DNA of 64,000 nucleotides from assembly GCA_009839685.1 (NCBI GenBank), contig VXPC01000014.1, positions 6,928-70,927 on the forward strand, in the 5' to 3' direction. A program made the position numbers and the translations under genes. This document shows, in pieces, positions 26,107-35,661 of this stretch (position 1 is the stretch's first letter; each line of letters starts with the position of its first letter). The notes beneath the pieces were generated by a model. That model was not told the DNA's origin. It worked only from the letters and a program-made list of their open reading frames with translations, and did not search any database. The DNA comes from Candidatus Saccharimonadota bacterium (GTDB lineage Bacteria > Patescibacteriota > Saccharimonadia > Saccharimonadales > VXPC01).

Positions 26107-26878
26107 GCCGGCTTTGCCAGGCGGCGCTGACTAGGGCCGGCCAAGGCCGGCCGGGATTGTTGATAAGATAAAAGGCGCTCTCGACGGCCACGCCGAGCCG
26201 GTTGTCGTCCGAGTCTTTGAAGCCGGCTACGTAGGTGGCGCAGACCTGCCCGTCCGCTTTGGTCCACAGGATGTTGTCGCAGCAGGCCGTCAAGTTGCAG
26301 CCGACCTCCAGTTCGGCCAGCGTTTGACCCAAGTTCTCGGGCGCGGGCAGGCCTTGGCCTTTGTGCCCGGCCCCCCTTAGGCGGTGCGCCAGCTGGGACG
26401 CGCTCAGAATCAGGTTCAAATCCTTATCCGCCGGACCAGTGTCAAGGAAATCTTCGGCTACCCGGCCGGTAATCAGCTTCAAGCCCTTGAAGTCGCCTAC
26501 GATCTCGGCGGCCAGTTGTTTCGTTTCCTGGTTGGAACTCAAGTCGCCGACGATGAACAGGCAGTCATAGGCCGCGGCCGCTGCCAGAATCTCCTCCTTG
26601 CCAGTCCTGGCCAGGCTGCCGGCGGGCGTGCTGGGGGCGAAGGTCAGATCCAGTTCGGCCGGCCGGCCGAACTTCAGCAGGCTTCTCAAAGCGTCGGGCA
26701 AAACGACGCCGGCGCCCAGCTTGCGCTCTCTTAGCAGCCGGAAGGCGTCCAGGGGCGCCTGCAGGGCGTGGCTGTGCCCACCGACGATCAGCACCCGGTT
26801 GCGTCCGTCGGCCCGCTCGGGCTGCGCCCAGATGACGTCGGCAAAAAGCGGTTCCGTCTGCTGCTTATGGATCGCCAT
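26093..26878 (-). CDS. YjeF C-terminal / carbohydrate kinase-like protein (NAD(P)HX dehydratase-like, divergent)
   Basis: PLFADVIWAQPE...VLIVGG, APSTPAGSL, GDLSSNQET. Confidence 0.65.
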   Translation of the reverse strand: MAIHKQQTEPLFADVIWAQPERADGRNRVLIVGGHSHALQAPLDAFRLLRERKLGAGVVLPDALRSLLKFGRPAELDLTFAPSTPAGSLARTGKEEILAAAAAYDCLFIVGDLSSNQETKQLAAEIVGDFKGLKLITGRVAEDFLDTGPADKDLNLILSASQLAHRLRGAGHKGQGLPAPENLGQTLAELEVGCNLTACCDNILWTKADGQVCATYVAGFKDSDDNRLGVAVESAFYLINNPGRPWPALVSAAWQSRLNRE

Positions 26879-26882
26879 GGCT

Positions 26883-27686
26883 TCAGAGCTCGACCTCCAA
26901 GCTAACCGGACAATGGTCCGAGCCCATGATATCGGCGTGGATGGCGGCCCGTTTGACCTTTCCTGCCAGCGAGCCGCTGGCCAACCAGTAGTCGATCCGC
27001 CAGCCGACGTTCTTGGCCCGGGCGCTGCCCCAGTGCGTCCACCAGCTGTAAGCTTCGGCCCGGTCGGGGTGGAGATGGCGGAAGGTATCGACGAAACCGG
27101 CTTCTAGCAGGTTGTCAAACCCCCGCCTTTCCTCATTCGTGAACCCGTGCTTGCCGACGTTTTCTTTCGGCCGGGCCAGATCTATTTCTTGGTGGGCTAC
27201 GTTAAGGTCGCCGCACATCAGCACCGGCTTGCTCTCCGCCAGTTTCCGGCAGTGTCTGGCGAAAGCCGGATCCCAGCCGTCGAACCGCAGGCCGAGCCGG
27301 CTCAGGTCGCCCTTGCTGTTGGGCGTGTAGACGGTCACCAGATAAAAATTGTCGAATTCGGCCGTAATCAACCGGCCCTCAGCGTTGGCATCGCCGAACT
27401 GGTCGGCCAGTTCGAACCGTCGGCAAGTGTCGGCCGGGAAATTCAGATCATAGCTTTGCGGGGCGGTCCGGCTGAGGATCATCGTGCCGCTGTAGCCTTT
27501 CCGTTCGGCCGGATTCCAGATGGGCTCGTAGGCGCCGAAGACTGCCGGGTCGACCTGGTCGGGCTGGGCTTTGATTTCTTGCAGGCAGACGATATCCGGG
27601 TCGAGCGCGGTCATCACCTCTTCCAAACCGCCCTTGTTCAGGCAGGCCCTCAGCCCGTTGATATTCCAAGATACGAGTTTCAGCAT
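26883..27686 (-). CDS. xth: Exodeoxyribonuclease III
   Basis: SWNINGLRA, CLQEIK, GYSGT, VYTPN, CGDLNVAH, GWRIDY, GSDHCPV. Confidence 0.96.
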   Translation of the reverse strand: MLKLVSWNINGLRACLNKGGLEEVMTALDPDIVCLQEIKAQPDQVDPAVFGAYEPIWNPAERKGYSGTMILSRTAPQSYDLNFPADTCRRFELADQFGDANAEGRLITAEFDNFYLVTVYTPNSKGDLSRLGLRFDGWDPAFARHCRKLAESKPVLMCGDLNVAHQEIDLARPKENVGKHGFTNEERRGFDNLLEAGFVDTFRHLHPDRAEAYSWWTHWGSARAKNVGWRIDYWLASGSLAGKVKRAAIHADIMGSDHCPVSLEVEL

Positions 27687-27689
27687 TTC

Positions 27690-28139
27690 TCAAGTTCCTC
27701 CTTTGCTGCTTTGCAGCGTCCGTCTGATGCGACGGTCGCTTTCCCTTTTCTTAATCGCTTCGCGTTTGTCGTGGCGCCTCCGGCCTTTGGCCGGCGCCAG
27801 TTCGACCTTGATGTGCTTATCAAGGATCAGTCTGGTCGGCACAATCGTGTTGTTCTTGGCTTCCAAGCTGGCCTTGAGTTTTCTGATCTGGGGCTTGGTC
27901 AGTAACAGGCGGTGGGCGGTCGCTGTCGCGTTCGCCTGATTGCCGGGGTTGAATACCTCCAGGTTGCGCAACCAGACCTGGCCGTCCTTGACGTCGACGA
28001 AAGCACCCTTGAGCGAGACGCGTTGGCGGCGGACGGCCGCGACTTCGAAACCCTTGAGGGCAATGCCGGCCACGACCTTCTGGCCAAGGTCGTAGTCGTA
28101 GCCCGCCCGCCGGTTGCTGATTGTTTTCTTGTCCGCCAT
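27690..28139 (-). CDS. smpB: SsrA-binding protein
   Basis: NRRAGYDY, AGIALKGFEV, RLLL, AKGRRRHDKREAIKKRE. Confidence 0.92.
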   Translation of the reverse strand: MADKKTISNRRAGYDYDLGQKVVAGIALKGFEVAAVRRQRVSLKGAFVDVKDGQVWLRNLEVFNPGNQANATATAHRLLLTKPQIRKLKASLEAKNNTIVPTRLILDKHIKVELAPAKGRRRHDKREAIKKRESDRRIRRTLQSSKGGT

Positions 28140-28173
28140 AATCCGCATCCTTCCGTCTTCTAGTTTACATCTT

Positions 28174-29178
28174 TTAGAAGTCGGCCGAGACGGCCGCTTC
28201 GACCGTCTCAAAGATCGCGCCGTTGCCGCCCTTCTTCTCCTTCAGCCACCACTCCGCTCCGCTCAGGTAAATTGTTCTGATCCCCGTCCGCTTGGCGTAA
28301 GCCAGCCGGCTCTCGAGCGTGTCGGTTGTCAAATCCCCTCCCCCGGCCGGCTCGGCGTTGAGGCTTCTGATGAAGATCCGGCTCTCAGAATGCAGCAGTT
28401 TCAAGTTGCCGGCCGAGAAACTGTAATAGCTGGCCAGCGGCGTCGGTTTGAACAAGCCTTCGAAGAAACCGCGATTGTCGGGGTAGAGGTCGAGCTTGAG
28501 GCCGAAGGCGTCGGGGGCGGGTCGGAGCCGGCGGAAGGCGGCCCAATTGTTCGGCCGGCTGACGGCGATTTCTTTGTCCGTCAGCTCGTCCAGATGGCGG
28601 TAGAGTTCGGCCAAGTCCTCCCTGTCCAGCTGCCGGGCGCAAGCCGCCGCCTTGGCGGCGAAGATCTCGGGCTCCAAATGGTAGCCGACGAGATTGACGG
28701 CATCGTCGACTTTCTCAACGACCCGGCGGACGTATTCTTTGAGGCGGAGCTTGAATTCGGCTGCCTCCAGCTCGGCTGTCCACGGCGGCGCGTAACAGCG
28801 GCCCGGTCGGGCTTGGTGCAAGCCGATTTGCAGCTCGACGGCCACGTTGCGGCTTCTGGCGGCCGCGATTTGCCGCTCCAAGGTTTCGAAATCATACAGC
28901 CCGGCCGAGGGTTCGACAGCCGTCCATTCGCTGCTCAGCTGGACGCGCTTGAAAGGTATTTGGCCGAGCAGCTCGTCCAGGTCCTCGACCGGGTCGAGTT
29001 CCATCCGCCGGGCTTGGTCGGTCGACCAAACGACCCCCCAGGCGGTCGGTTGGTCGCCTTGCCGATAGCCGTACCAGGCGCCGATGCCCCAAATCAGGCC
29101 GAAAACGATGGCCGCCGTCACGGCCAAGCCGACCAGCAAGCTAATCAGATTGCTCAGCCGCCGCAGCCATTTGAACAT
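28174..29178 (-). CDS. Membrane-anchored glycoside hydrolase-like TIM-barrel protein (GH-A clan-like)
   Basis: N-terminal TM; RVQLSSEWTAVEP..GLYDF..L, CYAPPW, YHLEPE, GAEWW. Confidence 0.6.
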   Translation of the reverse strand: MFKWLRRLSNLISLLVGLAVTAAIVFGLIWGIGAWYGYRQGDQPTAWGVVWSTDQARRMELDPVEDLDELLGQIPFKRVQLSSEWTAVEPSAGLYDFETLERQIAAARSRNVAVELQIGLHQARPGRCYAPPWTAELEAAEFKLRLKEYVRRVVEKVDDAVNLVGYHLEPEIFAAKAAACARQLDREDLAELYRHLDELTDKEIAVSRPNNWAAFRRLRPAPDAFGLKLDLYPDNRGFFEGLFKPTPLASYYSFSAGNLKLLHSESRIFIRSLNAEPAGGGDLTTDTLESRLAYAKRTGIRTIYLSGAEWWLKEKKGGNGAIFETVEAAVSADF

Positions 29179-29180
29179 GG

Positions 29181-29444
29181 TTATTTGATCAGTTTGAACT
29201 TTCTCAAGCAGTCGTCCAGCTGGCCTTTTTGCCAGCCGAGAACGAATTCCGACTCGCCGAACAGCGTCAGCGGCACGCCGGTCGTGCCGGTGCTCTTGAC
29301 CAGCCACTCGGCGGCTTCCCGGTCGGCACTGACATCGACTTCCTCAAAAGCGACGCCCAAAGCTTCCAAGTAGGCCTTGACCACCCGGCAAAAGCCGCAG
29401 TCCGGCGTGGTGAAGACCTTGACGGTTATCCGCCCTTCAGCCAT
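29181..29444 (-). CDS. Glutaredoxin (NrdH/YruB-like)
   Basis: VFTTPDCGFC, EEVDVSAD, TGVP. Confidence 0.9.
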   Translation of the reverse strand: MAEGRITVKVFTTPDCGFCRVVKAYLEALGVAFEEVDVSADREAAEWLVKSTGTTGVPLTLFGESEFVLGWQKGQLDDCLRKFKLIK

Positions 29445-29781
29445 TCTCGCCACCCTTCGCCTTACCGGACTTAATTTTGACCAGCAGGATATGCGCCAGC
29501 ATCAAGAAACCGGCGTTGAGCAGGGTGACGGCGGCCAGCGGCCGGCCGGCGCTCAGCGGCACCGACGCGACTATGTTGGCGAGTGCGAAACCGGCTTGTG
29601 CCGGAATTTTCGTCTTCCCATTTTTCAGGACATAAGCTTGGACGAGGAAAAAAACCGCCCAAGCGACCAGCGCGCCGATTAAGATTGCCGCGTCGGTTTC
29701 CAGGTGATGGGACAAAGACATGCCGCCGCTTTGGTGTTCGACTCCGGCGTGCCCGGCCACGGTTGGTAAAAATGACATCAT
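29437..29781 (-). CDS. Small membrane protein
   Basis: Three hydrophobic segments; overlaps the glutaredoxin start; start codon uncertain. Confidence 0.6.
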   Translation of the reverse strand: MMSFLPTVAGHAGVEHQSGGMSLSHHLETDAAILIGALVAWAVFFLVQAYVLKNGKTKIPAQAGFALANIVASVPLSAGRPLAAVTLLNAGFLMLAHILLVKIKSGKAKGGENG

Positions 29782-29822
29782 CGGTCTATATATTAACACG
29801 AAGCCTTCGGCGGCCGAGCGGC

Positions 29823-31130
29823 TCAGGCTTTGAAAATGCTGCCGACCTGGCCGTACAGTTCGCCGGCAATCGCTGCGGGATCAGCGCCCAGCAAGCCGAA
29901 ACACCACTTGCCACTGGAAAAAAACCGTCGGTAGGTGTCAAGAACTTGCTCTCTGGTTATGGCGGGCAGCATTTTCTCGTACATGTCATAATCCTCATAG
30001 GTTTCGTCTTCGTGGTGGATGATGTACTCTTCATAATGGTTGATGAGCCTAGCGGTGCTCAACTCTTTCCGGCTGTAACCGCCCGCCAATCTCCGCTTGA
30101 TGTCTCGCAACTCCTTATCGCTCAGCCCTCCGTCCAGAACCCGGCGCACTTCTCTTGCTACCAGCTCAAGCAATGCCGGCGCGTTAGTCCTCTCCACGCT
30201 GCCGCCGAAATCCAATTCGGAATCTAAGGAATCCCAGCTGCTGCCGATGCCGTACGTCAGCCCCCTCTCTCTGGCCTGGCCGTTAATCCGGGAGGCCAAG
30301 CTGTAGCCGCCGGAGCCGATCAGCAGTTCGTGGATGACTGACAAACTGACCCTTTCCTCAAAGGACAGCGGCCGACCATCGCCTTTGGAAACATTCAACT
30401 CGAAGTACATTTTACCGGCTGCCCGGTTATCGACGACGACCGGTGCTTCTACCGACTGAAAAGGCGGATGGACGCGGCTGAACCTTTTTCCGGCGCCCTC
30501 CCCCAGCTCCCAATCGGTCAAAAGGGCTTTCAAAGCCTTTTCCTTGCCGGTCAGATCGCCGACGATTACGAAACGCATGTTGGCCGCGAAGTGCGTCCGG
30601 GCATAAAACCGCTTCAAATCCTCCAAGTCCAGATTATCCAGCAATTTGACGCGTTTCTCAGGCACCAAGTCGATGCCGCGGCAAGCCTTGATGATTTCCA
30701 TGCCGATTATGCGGGCGTAATTGTCCAAGTGGCCGGTCAGCTCTTCGCTGATGACTTTCATTTCGGTCTTGAAATGCTCGGCTGAAAGGAGCGGTTTGCT
30801 GATTGCCAGCGTCAGCAGCTTGAGTACCCTTTCCCATTCGAAATCGGCGCAGCTGGCGATGTATTGGATGTCGTGCCCGCCGGTGGCGGCATTCAGGTCG
30901 GCGCCGTTCTTGCACACCTCCATCACAAAGTCTTTTTCTTCGCGGTAAACCTCATTGGCTTTTAAAACCATATGCTCCAGCGCGTGGGCGATTTCCGGCT
31001 TATCGGGCGGGCACAGCAAGGTGCCGCCCATAAAGCCTAGCGAAAAACGCATCACTTTGGCGCCTTTGACGTCGACCAGCAGGCCCTTGGCCCCGTTGGC
31101 CAACTCGACTTCCTTGACTTCATACTTCAT
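29823..31130 (-). CDS. M16 family (insulinase/pitrilysin) zinc peptidase
   Basis: AHALEHM (HXXEH), LNAATG, EMKVISEE, RERGLTYG. Confidence 0.9.
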   Translation of the reverse strand: MKYEVKEVELANGAKGLLVDVKGAKVMRFSLGFMGGTLLCPPDKPEIAHALEHMVLKANEVYREEKDFVMEVCKNGADLNAATGGHDIQYIASCADFEWERVLKLLTLAISKPLLSAEHFKTEMKVISEELTGHLDNYARIIGMEIIKACRGIDLVPEKRVKLLDNLDLEDLKRFYARTHFAANMRFVIVGDLTGKEKALKALLTDWELGEGAGKRFSRVHPPFQSVEAPVVVDNRAAGKMYFELNVSKGDGRPLSFEERVSLSVIHELLIGSGGYSLASRINGQARERGLTYGIGSSWDSLDSELDFGGSVERTNAPALLELVAREVRRVLDGGLSDKELRDIKRRLAGGYSRKELSTARLINHYEEYIIHHEDETYEDYDMYEKMLPAITREQVLDTYRRFFSSGKWCFGLLGADPAAIAGELYGQVGSIFKA

Positions 31131-31224
31131 AGCGGCTCTTCCAAATCGTTACTCGCGACATTATAGCACGCGATCCGCCCGAGAGCCCGGCGGTCGTGTA
31201 TAATCATGAGGAGATATAGGTTTT

Positions 31225-31854
31225 ATGAAAATCGACTTCAAAGGACTGCTGGCGACAAAGACTTTCTGGTGGAACTCGTTGCTTTTCGTCTTCTTCTGCT
31301 GGCTGGTCTTCTTCCGATTGCTGGTCTTCGGTTCCCAGACGGGCGTCCACTACCACGCCGACTTTATGATCCACATACACGGCCAGCCCCAGACATTGGA
31401 CAATTTCTCCTTTTACGAGGAGACCTCGGCCTGCGGCAGCCAGTACCGCGACGATCCGGTTTCCCGGGTGCACCTGCACGACAACGTCAACCACGTCATC
31501 CACGTCCATGACCGGGCCTCGACTTACGGACATCTGATGGCCAATTTAGGCTTCAGCCTTTCCGGCAGCGTCCTGCAGACCAGGCAGGAGGTTTACGTCG
31601 ACGGTCAGGGCGGCCAGTTGCGCTTCATCCTCAACGGCGAAGAAGCTTACGATGTCGCCAACCGGACAATCGGCGACCAAGACGTCTTGCTGATAGATTT
31701 CAGCAATGACGGGATCGACGAGTTGCACCGTCGCTACGCGGCGATTCCGAGGGGGGCGGCGGAAGCCAACGAGCTGCAGGATCCGGCCGCTTGCGCCGGC
31801 GACGGCGAGCGCGAATCTTTCTTCCAGCAGGTCAAGGACGCCTTCACTCTCTGA
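31225..31854 (+). CDS. Membrane-anchored His-rich hypothetical protein
   Basis: N-terminal TM; VHYHADF..., HLHDNVNHVIHVH. Confidence 0.75.
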   Translation: MKIDFKGLLATKTFWWNSLLFVFFCWLVFFRLLVFGSQTGVHYHADFMIHIHGQPQTLDNFSFYEETSACGSQYRDDPVSRVHLHDNVNHVIHVHDRASTYGHLMANLGFSLSGSVLQTRQEVYVDGQGGQLRFILNGEEAYDVANRTIGDQDVLLIDFSNDGIDELHRRYAAIPRGAAEANELQDPAACAGDGERESFFQQVKDAFTL

Positions 31855-31864
31855 CCTTTCAGGC

Positions 31865-32557
31865 ATGAAGCGCTGGGAAATCCTGATTTGGGTCCTCTTG
31901 GCCGCTTTGGCGGTCTGGGCCGTCTTCCATTTCGCATCCGACTCGGAGGAAGGGCGCCCGCCGGCTACCGCGACGGTCAATCCCAACGCCCGTCTGGCCG
32001 GCAGCGGCTCCCCCCTGCCTGCGCCCGCTTGGGAGGATCTGGTCGTCGAGCAGCAGCAATTCGACGGCCGGATCTTTGTCTTGAGTTACGACATAGAGAG
32101 CGGCAACTGGCAGCTTGATTTCTTCCAGCAGGGCAGCCAGAGCCTGCGCTATATCGCCGAGGCCGGCATCTTCCTCTACTACAACGTCGCGGAAACCGTT
32201 TGGGACGAGGTCGACCCAAACCTGTTGCACGATGAAATCCGCCAGCTGACGGATATCGATGACATCATCTTGTCGGCCAGCCAGCTGGACGCTTTCAGCC
32301 GGCTGGCGGTCGAGGACAAATCGGCCGGCTGCAGCCAGGATACCGCGGCGCTGTGCGCTGTCTGGACGGCCAGAAGCTTTGCCGGCGCCGAAGAAGTCGT
32401 CATCTATGTCAACAAGCAGACCCGCAAGATAGACCACATCGTGACCCTCAATCCGGCCGATCCTGCCTCGGGGGCCATAGTTACCAATTATTATTACCGG
32501 CCGGTCGAGATCGGCCTGCCGCCGCTGGGAGAGGTGCGTTTCTTGGCCGATGGGTAA
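31865..32557 (+). CDS. N-anchored hypothetical protein
   Basis: N-terminal TM; 10 nt downstream of the previous gene. Confidence 0.7.
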   Translation: MKRWEILIWVLLAALAVWAVFHFASDSEEGRPPATATVNPNARLAGSGSPLPAPAWEDLVVEQQQFDGRIFVLSYDIESGNWQLDFFQQGSQSLRYIAEAGIFLYYNVAETVWDEVDPNLLHDEIRQLTDIDDIILSASQLDAFSRLAVEDKSAGCSQDTAALCAVWTARSFAGAEEVVIYVNKQTRKIDHIVTLNPADPASGAIVTNYYYRPVEIGLPPLGEVRFLADG

Positions 32558-32639
32558 AAGTAGGTCGCGCCGCCGTTCCTAGCCACTCCCCTTGCCCGCT
32601 GGCAAGCGGTTCCATGCTTTGGCAGCCAGGCCGTTTCGG

Positions 32640-33209
32640 CTACTTGCGGCTTTTGGGCTTGAACTCGTGGAATTCGCCGGTATTGAGGAAAAACTGTTGC
32701 CGCCAAGGGGGTTTAAGCTGTTTGTCATAGAGGAAATGGCAGAACATCTGGAAGGTGTTGAGATGGGCGACGATCAAGACGTTTTGCTCCAGGTGCTCGG
32801 CGTGGATTTCCTGCCAAAAATCCTCGACCAGCTTCAAGGATTCGGCGATGCTTTGCCCGCCCTTGAACTTCTTGGTCAGCTTGTTCTTGCTCAGAAACAG
32901 CCGGACCAGCCAGATGAGGGCGAACTGGTTGTTGAAGCCGGTTTTAAACTCGGCTAGACGCTTGTCGATCTTGACTTTCAGCTTGGGGTCGGCCTGCTCG
33001 TTCTTGACGATTTCGGCCGTCTGGCGGCAGCGCGTCAGCGGCGAGCAGTAGATGATGTCCAGGTCCACCTCTTTTTTTATCTCCTTGGCGCTGTCCAGAG
33101 CTTCTTCCCGGCCTTGGCTGGTCAGGTTGGAGACGCGTTGGTCGGTCTCGTTGATAATCAGGAACCGGTTGTGTTCGGCTTGGCCGTGGCGGATGAAAAA
33201 CAGGCGCAT
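32640..33209 (-). CDS. Histidine phosphatase family protein
   Basis: FFIRHGQ, YCSPLTRCRQTA, RLAE, LIVAH. Confidence 0.9.
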   Translation of the reverse strand: MRLFFIRHGQAEHNRFLIINETDQRVSNLTSQGREEALDSAKEIKKEVDLDIIYCSPLTRCRQTAEIVKNEQADPKLKVKIDKRLAEFKTGFNNQFALIWLVRLFLSKNKLTKKFKGGQSIAESLKLVEDFWQEIHAEHLEQNVLIVAHLNTFQMFCHFLYDKQLKPPWRQQFFLNTGEFHEFKPKSRK

Positions 33210-33355
33210 AATCCAGCTTGACCCCTCAGGGATGCATCTCAATCATAAATTCATACGCATTATATAACATGGCTCCGCCAAATACCTAACCGCCAGCAGT
33301 TGCCGGCCGGCCCGTTGGTGGTATAATTCAGGTCAAAGGCTGAGAGTTTCAAATT

Positions 33356-34291
33356 ATGGCCCAAGTCCCCAAGGTAATCAATGTCGGCAAACAGCATTCC
33401 GTCTACAGAGGCGAGGTCTACGAAGTCGACGCCCGCGGCGTTGTCGGCCGCCACGACGCCGACAAGGGCTTGGCAGCCAGGAAGAACCGGACCGTCAGCA
33501 AGATAGTCGCCATCTACAGCGAGGTCCTGAACAACGACCTGACTCCCTCCCACCGCCTCCAGGTCATGGACGAGCAAGACGTCAAGCGGGCCATCCGGGA
33601 GGCCAAGGACAGGGGCAAACGGCCGACCGAGAGGAGCTTGAAGTACGCCGCCAAAGCCAAGGCGATTCTGAAGGTCGAGTTTCACGACCTCAGTTCCCCT
33701 ACCCCGCCGGCCAAGCCGCTGTTTAAGAACCGGTCGCTGGAGAGGATCAAGTTCTTTATCTGGCTGCCGATTGCCGCTTTGGGCGGCCAGCTGATCGTCG
33801 TGGCGGTCAGCGATACGGGTTTGGTCGATACGGCCGGCGTCACGCCGACGATTGCCGTCCTCTACTGGCTGGGCTGGATGGTTTACTTGGCAACCGTTTT
33901 CCGCGCGTTCGGCTGGCTGCTGGATCTCAGCTACGAAATCAAGCAGAATAAAGCGATCAAGCTGAATATTCCGGACCCGAAGAGCTTCATTCTGGCTCTG
34001 GCCGTTATCTTGGCCGGCAGCATAGTCGACCTCGCTTTCAACGGCAACGTCGAGGCCGGCGTCAGGATTTTCTCCATCGTTCTCTGGGGAACCGGCGGCG
34101 CCATGTGGCTGCTGCTGCTCGGCCGCTTCTTCCAGTGCGTCGGCCGGTTGATCGGCTCATCGAGGTGGATGGGCTTCGTGCTCGCCCTGCCCTTCGCCCT
34201 CCTGCCCATATCGGCCCATGTCTCAATGCTTTACCTCCAGCGCCGGCTCAACTTGCTGGACAAGAACAAGATGAACTTCTTGGTCGGCTGA
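33356..34291 (+). CDS. Hypothetical membrane protein (basic N-terminal domain plus about 5 TMs)
   Basis: TGnTATAAT upstream; hydrophobic C-terminal half. Confidence 0.72.
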   Translation: MAQVPKVINVGKQHSVYRGEVYEVDARGVVGRHDADKGLAARKNRTVSKIVAIYSEVLNNDLTPSHRLQVMDEQDVKRAIREAKDRGKRPTERSLKYAAKAKAILKVEFHDLSSPTPPAKPLFKNRSLERIKFFIWLPIAALGGQLIVVAVSDTGLVDTAGVTPTIAVLYWLGWMVYLATVFRAFGWLLDLSYEIKQNKAIKLNIPDPKSFILALAVILAGSIVDLAFNGNVEAGVRIFSIVLWGTGGAMWLLLLGRFFQCVGRLIGSSRWMGFVLALPFALLPISAHVSMLYLQRRLNLLDKNKMNFLVG

Positions 34292-34309
34292 AACCCGGCC
34301 GGCCGCCGG

Positions 34310-34822
34310 TCAGCTATACCGCTGCTGCTTGGTTCTGGCTGACTCCAGCCGCCGGCCGATAAGTTCGCAATCTTCCGTCAGGCTGTCCCGGCGGGTTGCC
34401 AGTTCATTAACCAGCCACTGCCGTTTGGCGGCCACTTGCCGTATAATTGCCCGGTCGCCCGTTTCCCCGGCCGCCTTGGCAGCGGCCAGCAATTTGTCCA
34501 GTTCGGCTGCCTCCCCGCTCAGAGACGCCTCCGTCTGCGCCAGCAGCCGTTCCGTCATGGTCAGCCGCAGCTCCAGAATAGCAATTTCCTTCCTTACCGC
34601 TTGCCGGCGGTGCTTTTGGTATTCGGGCGTAATGCCTACGTGAGCGACGCTGCCGTCCGCCAGCTCAACCGCCTCCACGGCAGCCAAGTCCAGCGCCGCC
34701 GCCTGCTCTTCAAACCGTTCCAAATCGTCCGGCAGTATGACTACCGGCCGGTGCGGACCGTCGGCCGGGTTCTCCGGCTGAGTATGCCAGAGCGGGGTGA
34801 ACGTTTCGTAATCTCGGCTCAT
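34310..34822 (-). CDS. Hypothetical coiled-coil protein
   Basis: TATAAT about 10 nt upstream of ATG; helical Leu/Glu/Ala-rich sequence. Confidence 0.65.
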   Translation of the reverse strand: MSRDYETFTPLWHTQPENPADGPHRPVVILPDDLERFEEQAAALDLAAVEAVELADGSVAHVGITPEYQKHRRQAVRKEIAILELRLTMTERLLAQTEASLSGEAAELDKLLAAAKAAGETGDRAIIRQVAAKRQWLVNELATRRDSLTEDCELIGRRLESARTKQQRYS

Positions 34823-34994
34823 AATCCAGTTATTATAAATTCAATATCGACCTGGCTCGCGGACTCTGAGTCAGATCGAACACTGAGGTCGTTTGTGCTG
34901 CAGATTGAAATTAGCCTAGAAGCTTCAACATTATTGTAAGCTATGCAAAGGTTCCCTGTAATCTTTTTCCGGGAAAGATCGGAACGGATAAACG

Positions 34995-35252
34995 CTATTC
35001 GTAAAGCTGGGAATGAGTCCCAATCAAAACGAAGGTAATGATGTCCTTGTCCCGCCTGAAAATTGCCCGCACGTCGCCCGAGATATTGATACTGAAGTAG
35101 CCCTGAAACTTCCCTTTGAGGGGATGTAGCCGCAAGCGCGGGTCTTTAGGGTCAGCCTTAAATATGCGCAATCTGCCGTCAACCTGATCTTGGAGCTTGG
35201 GAGCCAGCAGCTTATACTTCTTTTTGAACTCCCGGTTTGAACGAATTGTCAT
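34995..35252 (-). CDS. Type II TA toxin, RelE/YafQ-like mRNA interferase
   Basis: FKKKYK.L, LRLHPLKGKFQGYFSINISGDVRAIF, IGTHSQLY; ATGA overlap with the antitoxin. Confidence 0.9.
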   Translation of the reverse strand: MTIRSNREFKKKYKLLAPKLQDQVDGRLRIFKADPKDPRLRLHPLKGKFQGYFSINISGDVRAIFRRDKDIITFVLIGTHSQLYE

Positions 35253-35518
35253 GACCGCAGGTCATTGATGAAATCGTCAACATCGTCAAATTCCGGGCCA
35301 ACCTCGCCTTTTTTAATTGATTCCTCAGCCTCTTCAAGCAACTTTTCAAGTTTGGGCGTCACTGGTTCGGGGGCATAAAGCTCGACATGGCGAGTGACAA
35401 TTACCTGCTTCAGATAACTGTTGATTAAGCTATTAAGGGTCAATCCCAGCTCCTGAGCCAGCTCCTGAGCTGCCTTTTTGGTGGCGGCGTCTGTTTTAAT
35501 GGTAATTACCTTGTTCAT
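35249..35518 (-). CDS. Type II TA antitoxin, RelB/DinJ family
   Basis: ITIKTD..TKKAAQELAQELGLTLNSLINSYLKQ (RHH), acidic tail FDDVDDFINDL. Confidence 0.9.
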   Translation of the reverse strand: MNKVITIKTDAATKKAAQELAQELGLTLNSLINSYLKQVIVTRHVELYAPEPVTPKLEKLLEEAEESIKKGEVGPEFDDVDDFINDLRS

Positions 35519-35556
35519 AATACTTAATTATATACTAGGTATTACCTTGAAATCAA
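35501..35556 (-). promoter_or_regulatory. TA promoter with two operator-like palindromes
   Basis: TTGATT-N18-TATAAT; AGGTATTACCT (35537-35547) in the spacer and GGTAATTACC (35501-35510) at the gene start. Confidence 0.65.
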
Positions 35557-35560
35557 TATT

Positions 35561-35634
35561 TGGCTCGGGGCCCAGGACTCGAACCTGGATTGCTGGGACC
35601 AAAACCCAGAGTCCTACCATTAGACGAACCCCGA
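35561..35634 (-). tRNA. tRNA-Gln (TTG)
   Basis: TCGGGGTTCGTCTAATGGTAGGACTCTGGGTTTTGGTCCCAGCAATCCAGGTTCGAGTCCTGGGCCCCGAGCCA. Confidence 0.97.
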
Positions 35635-35661
35635 TCAAAGCCGGCCTCGTTACGGATTATA

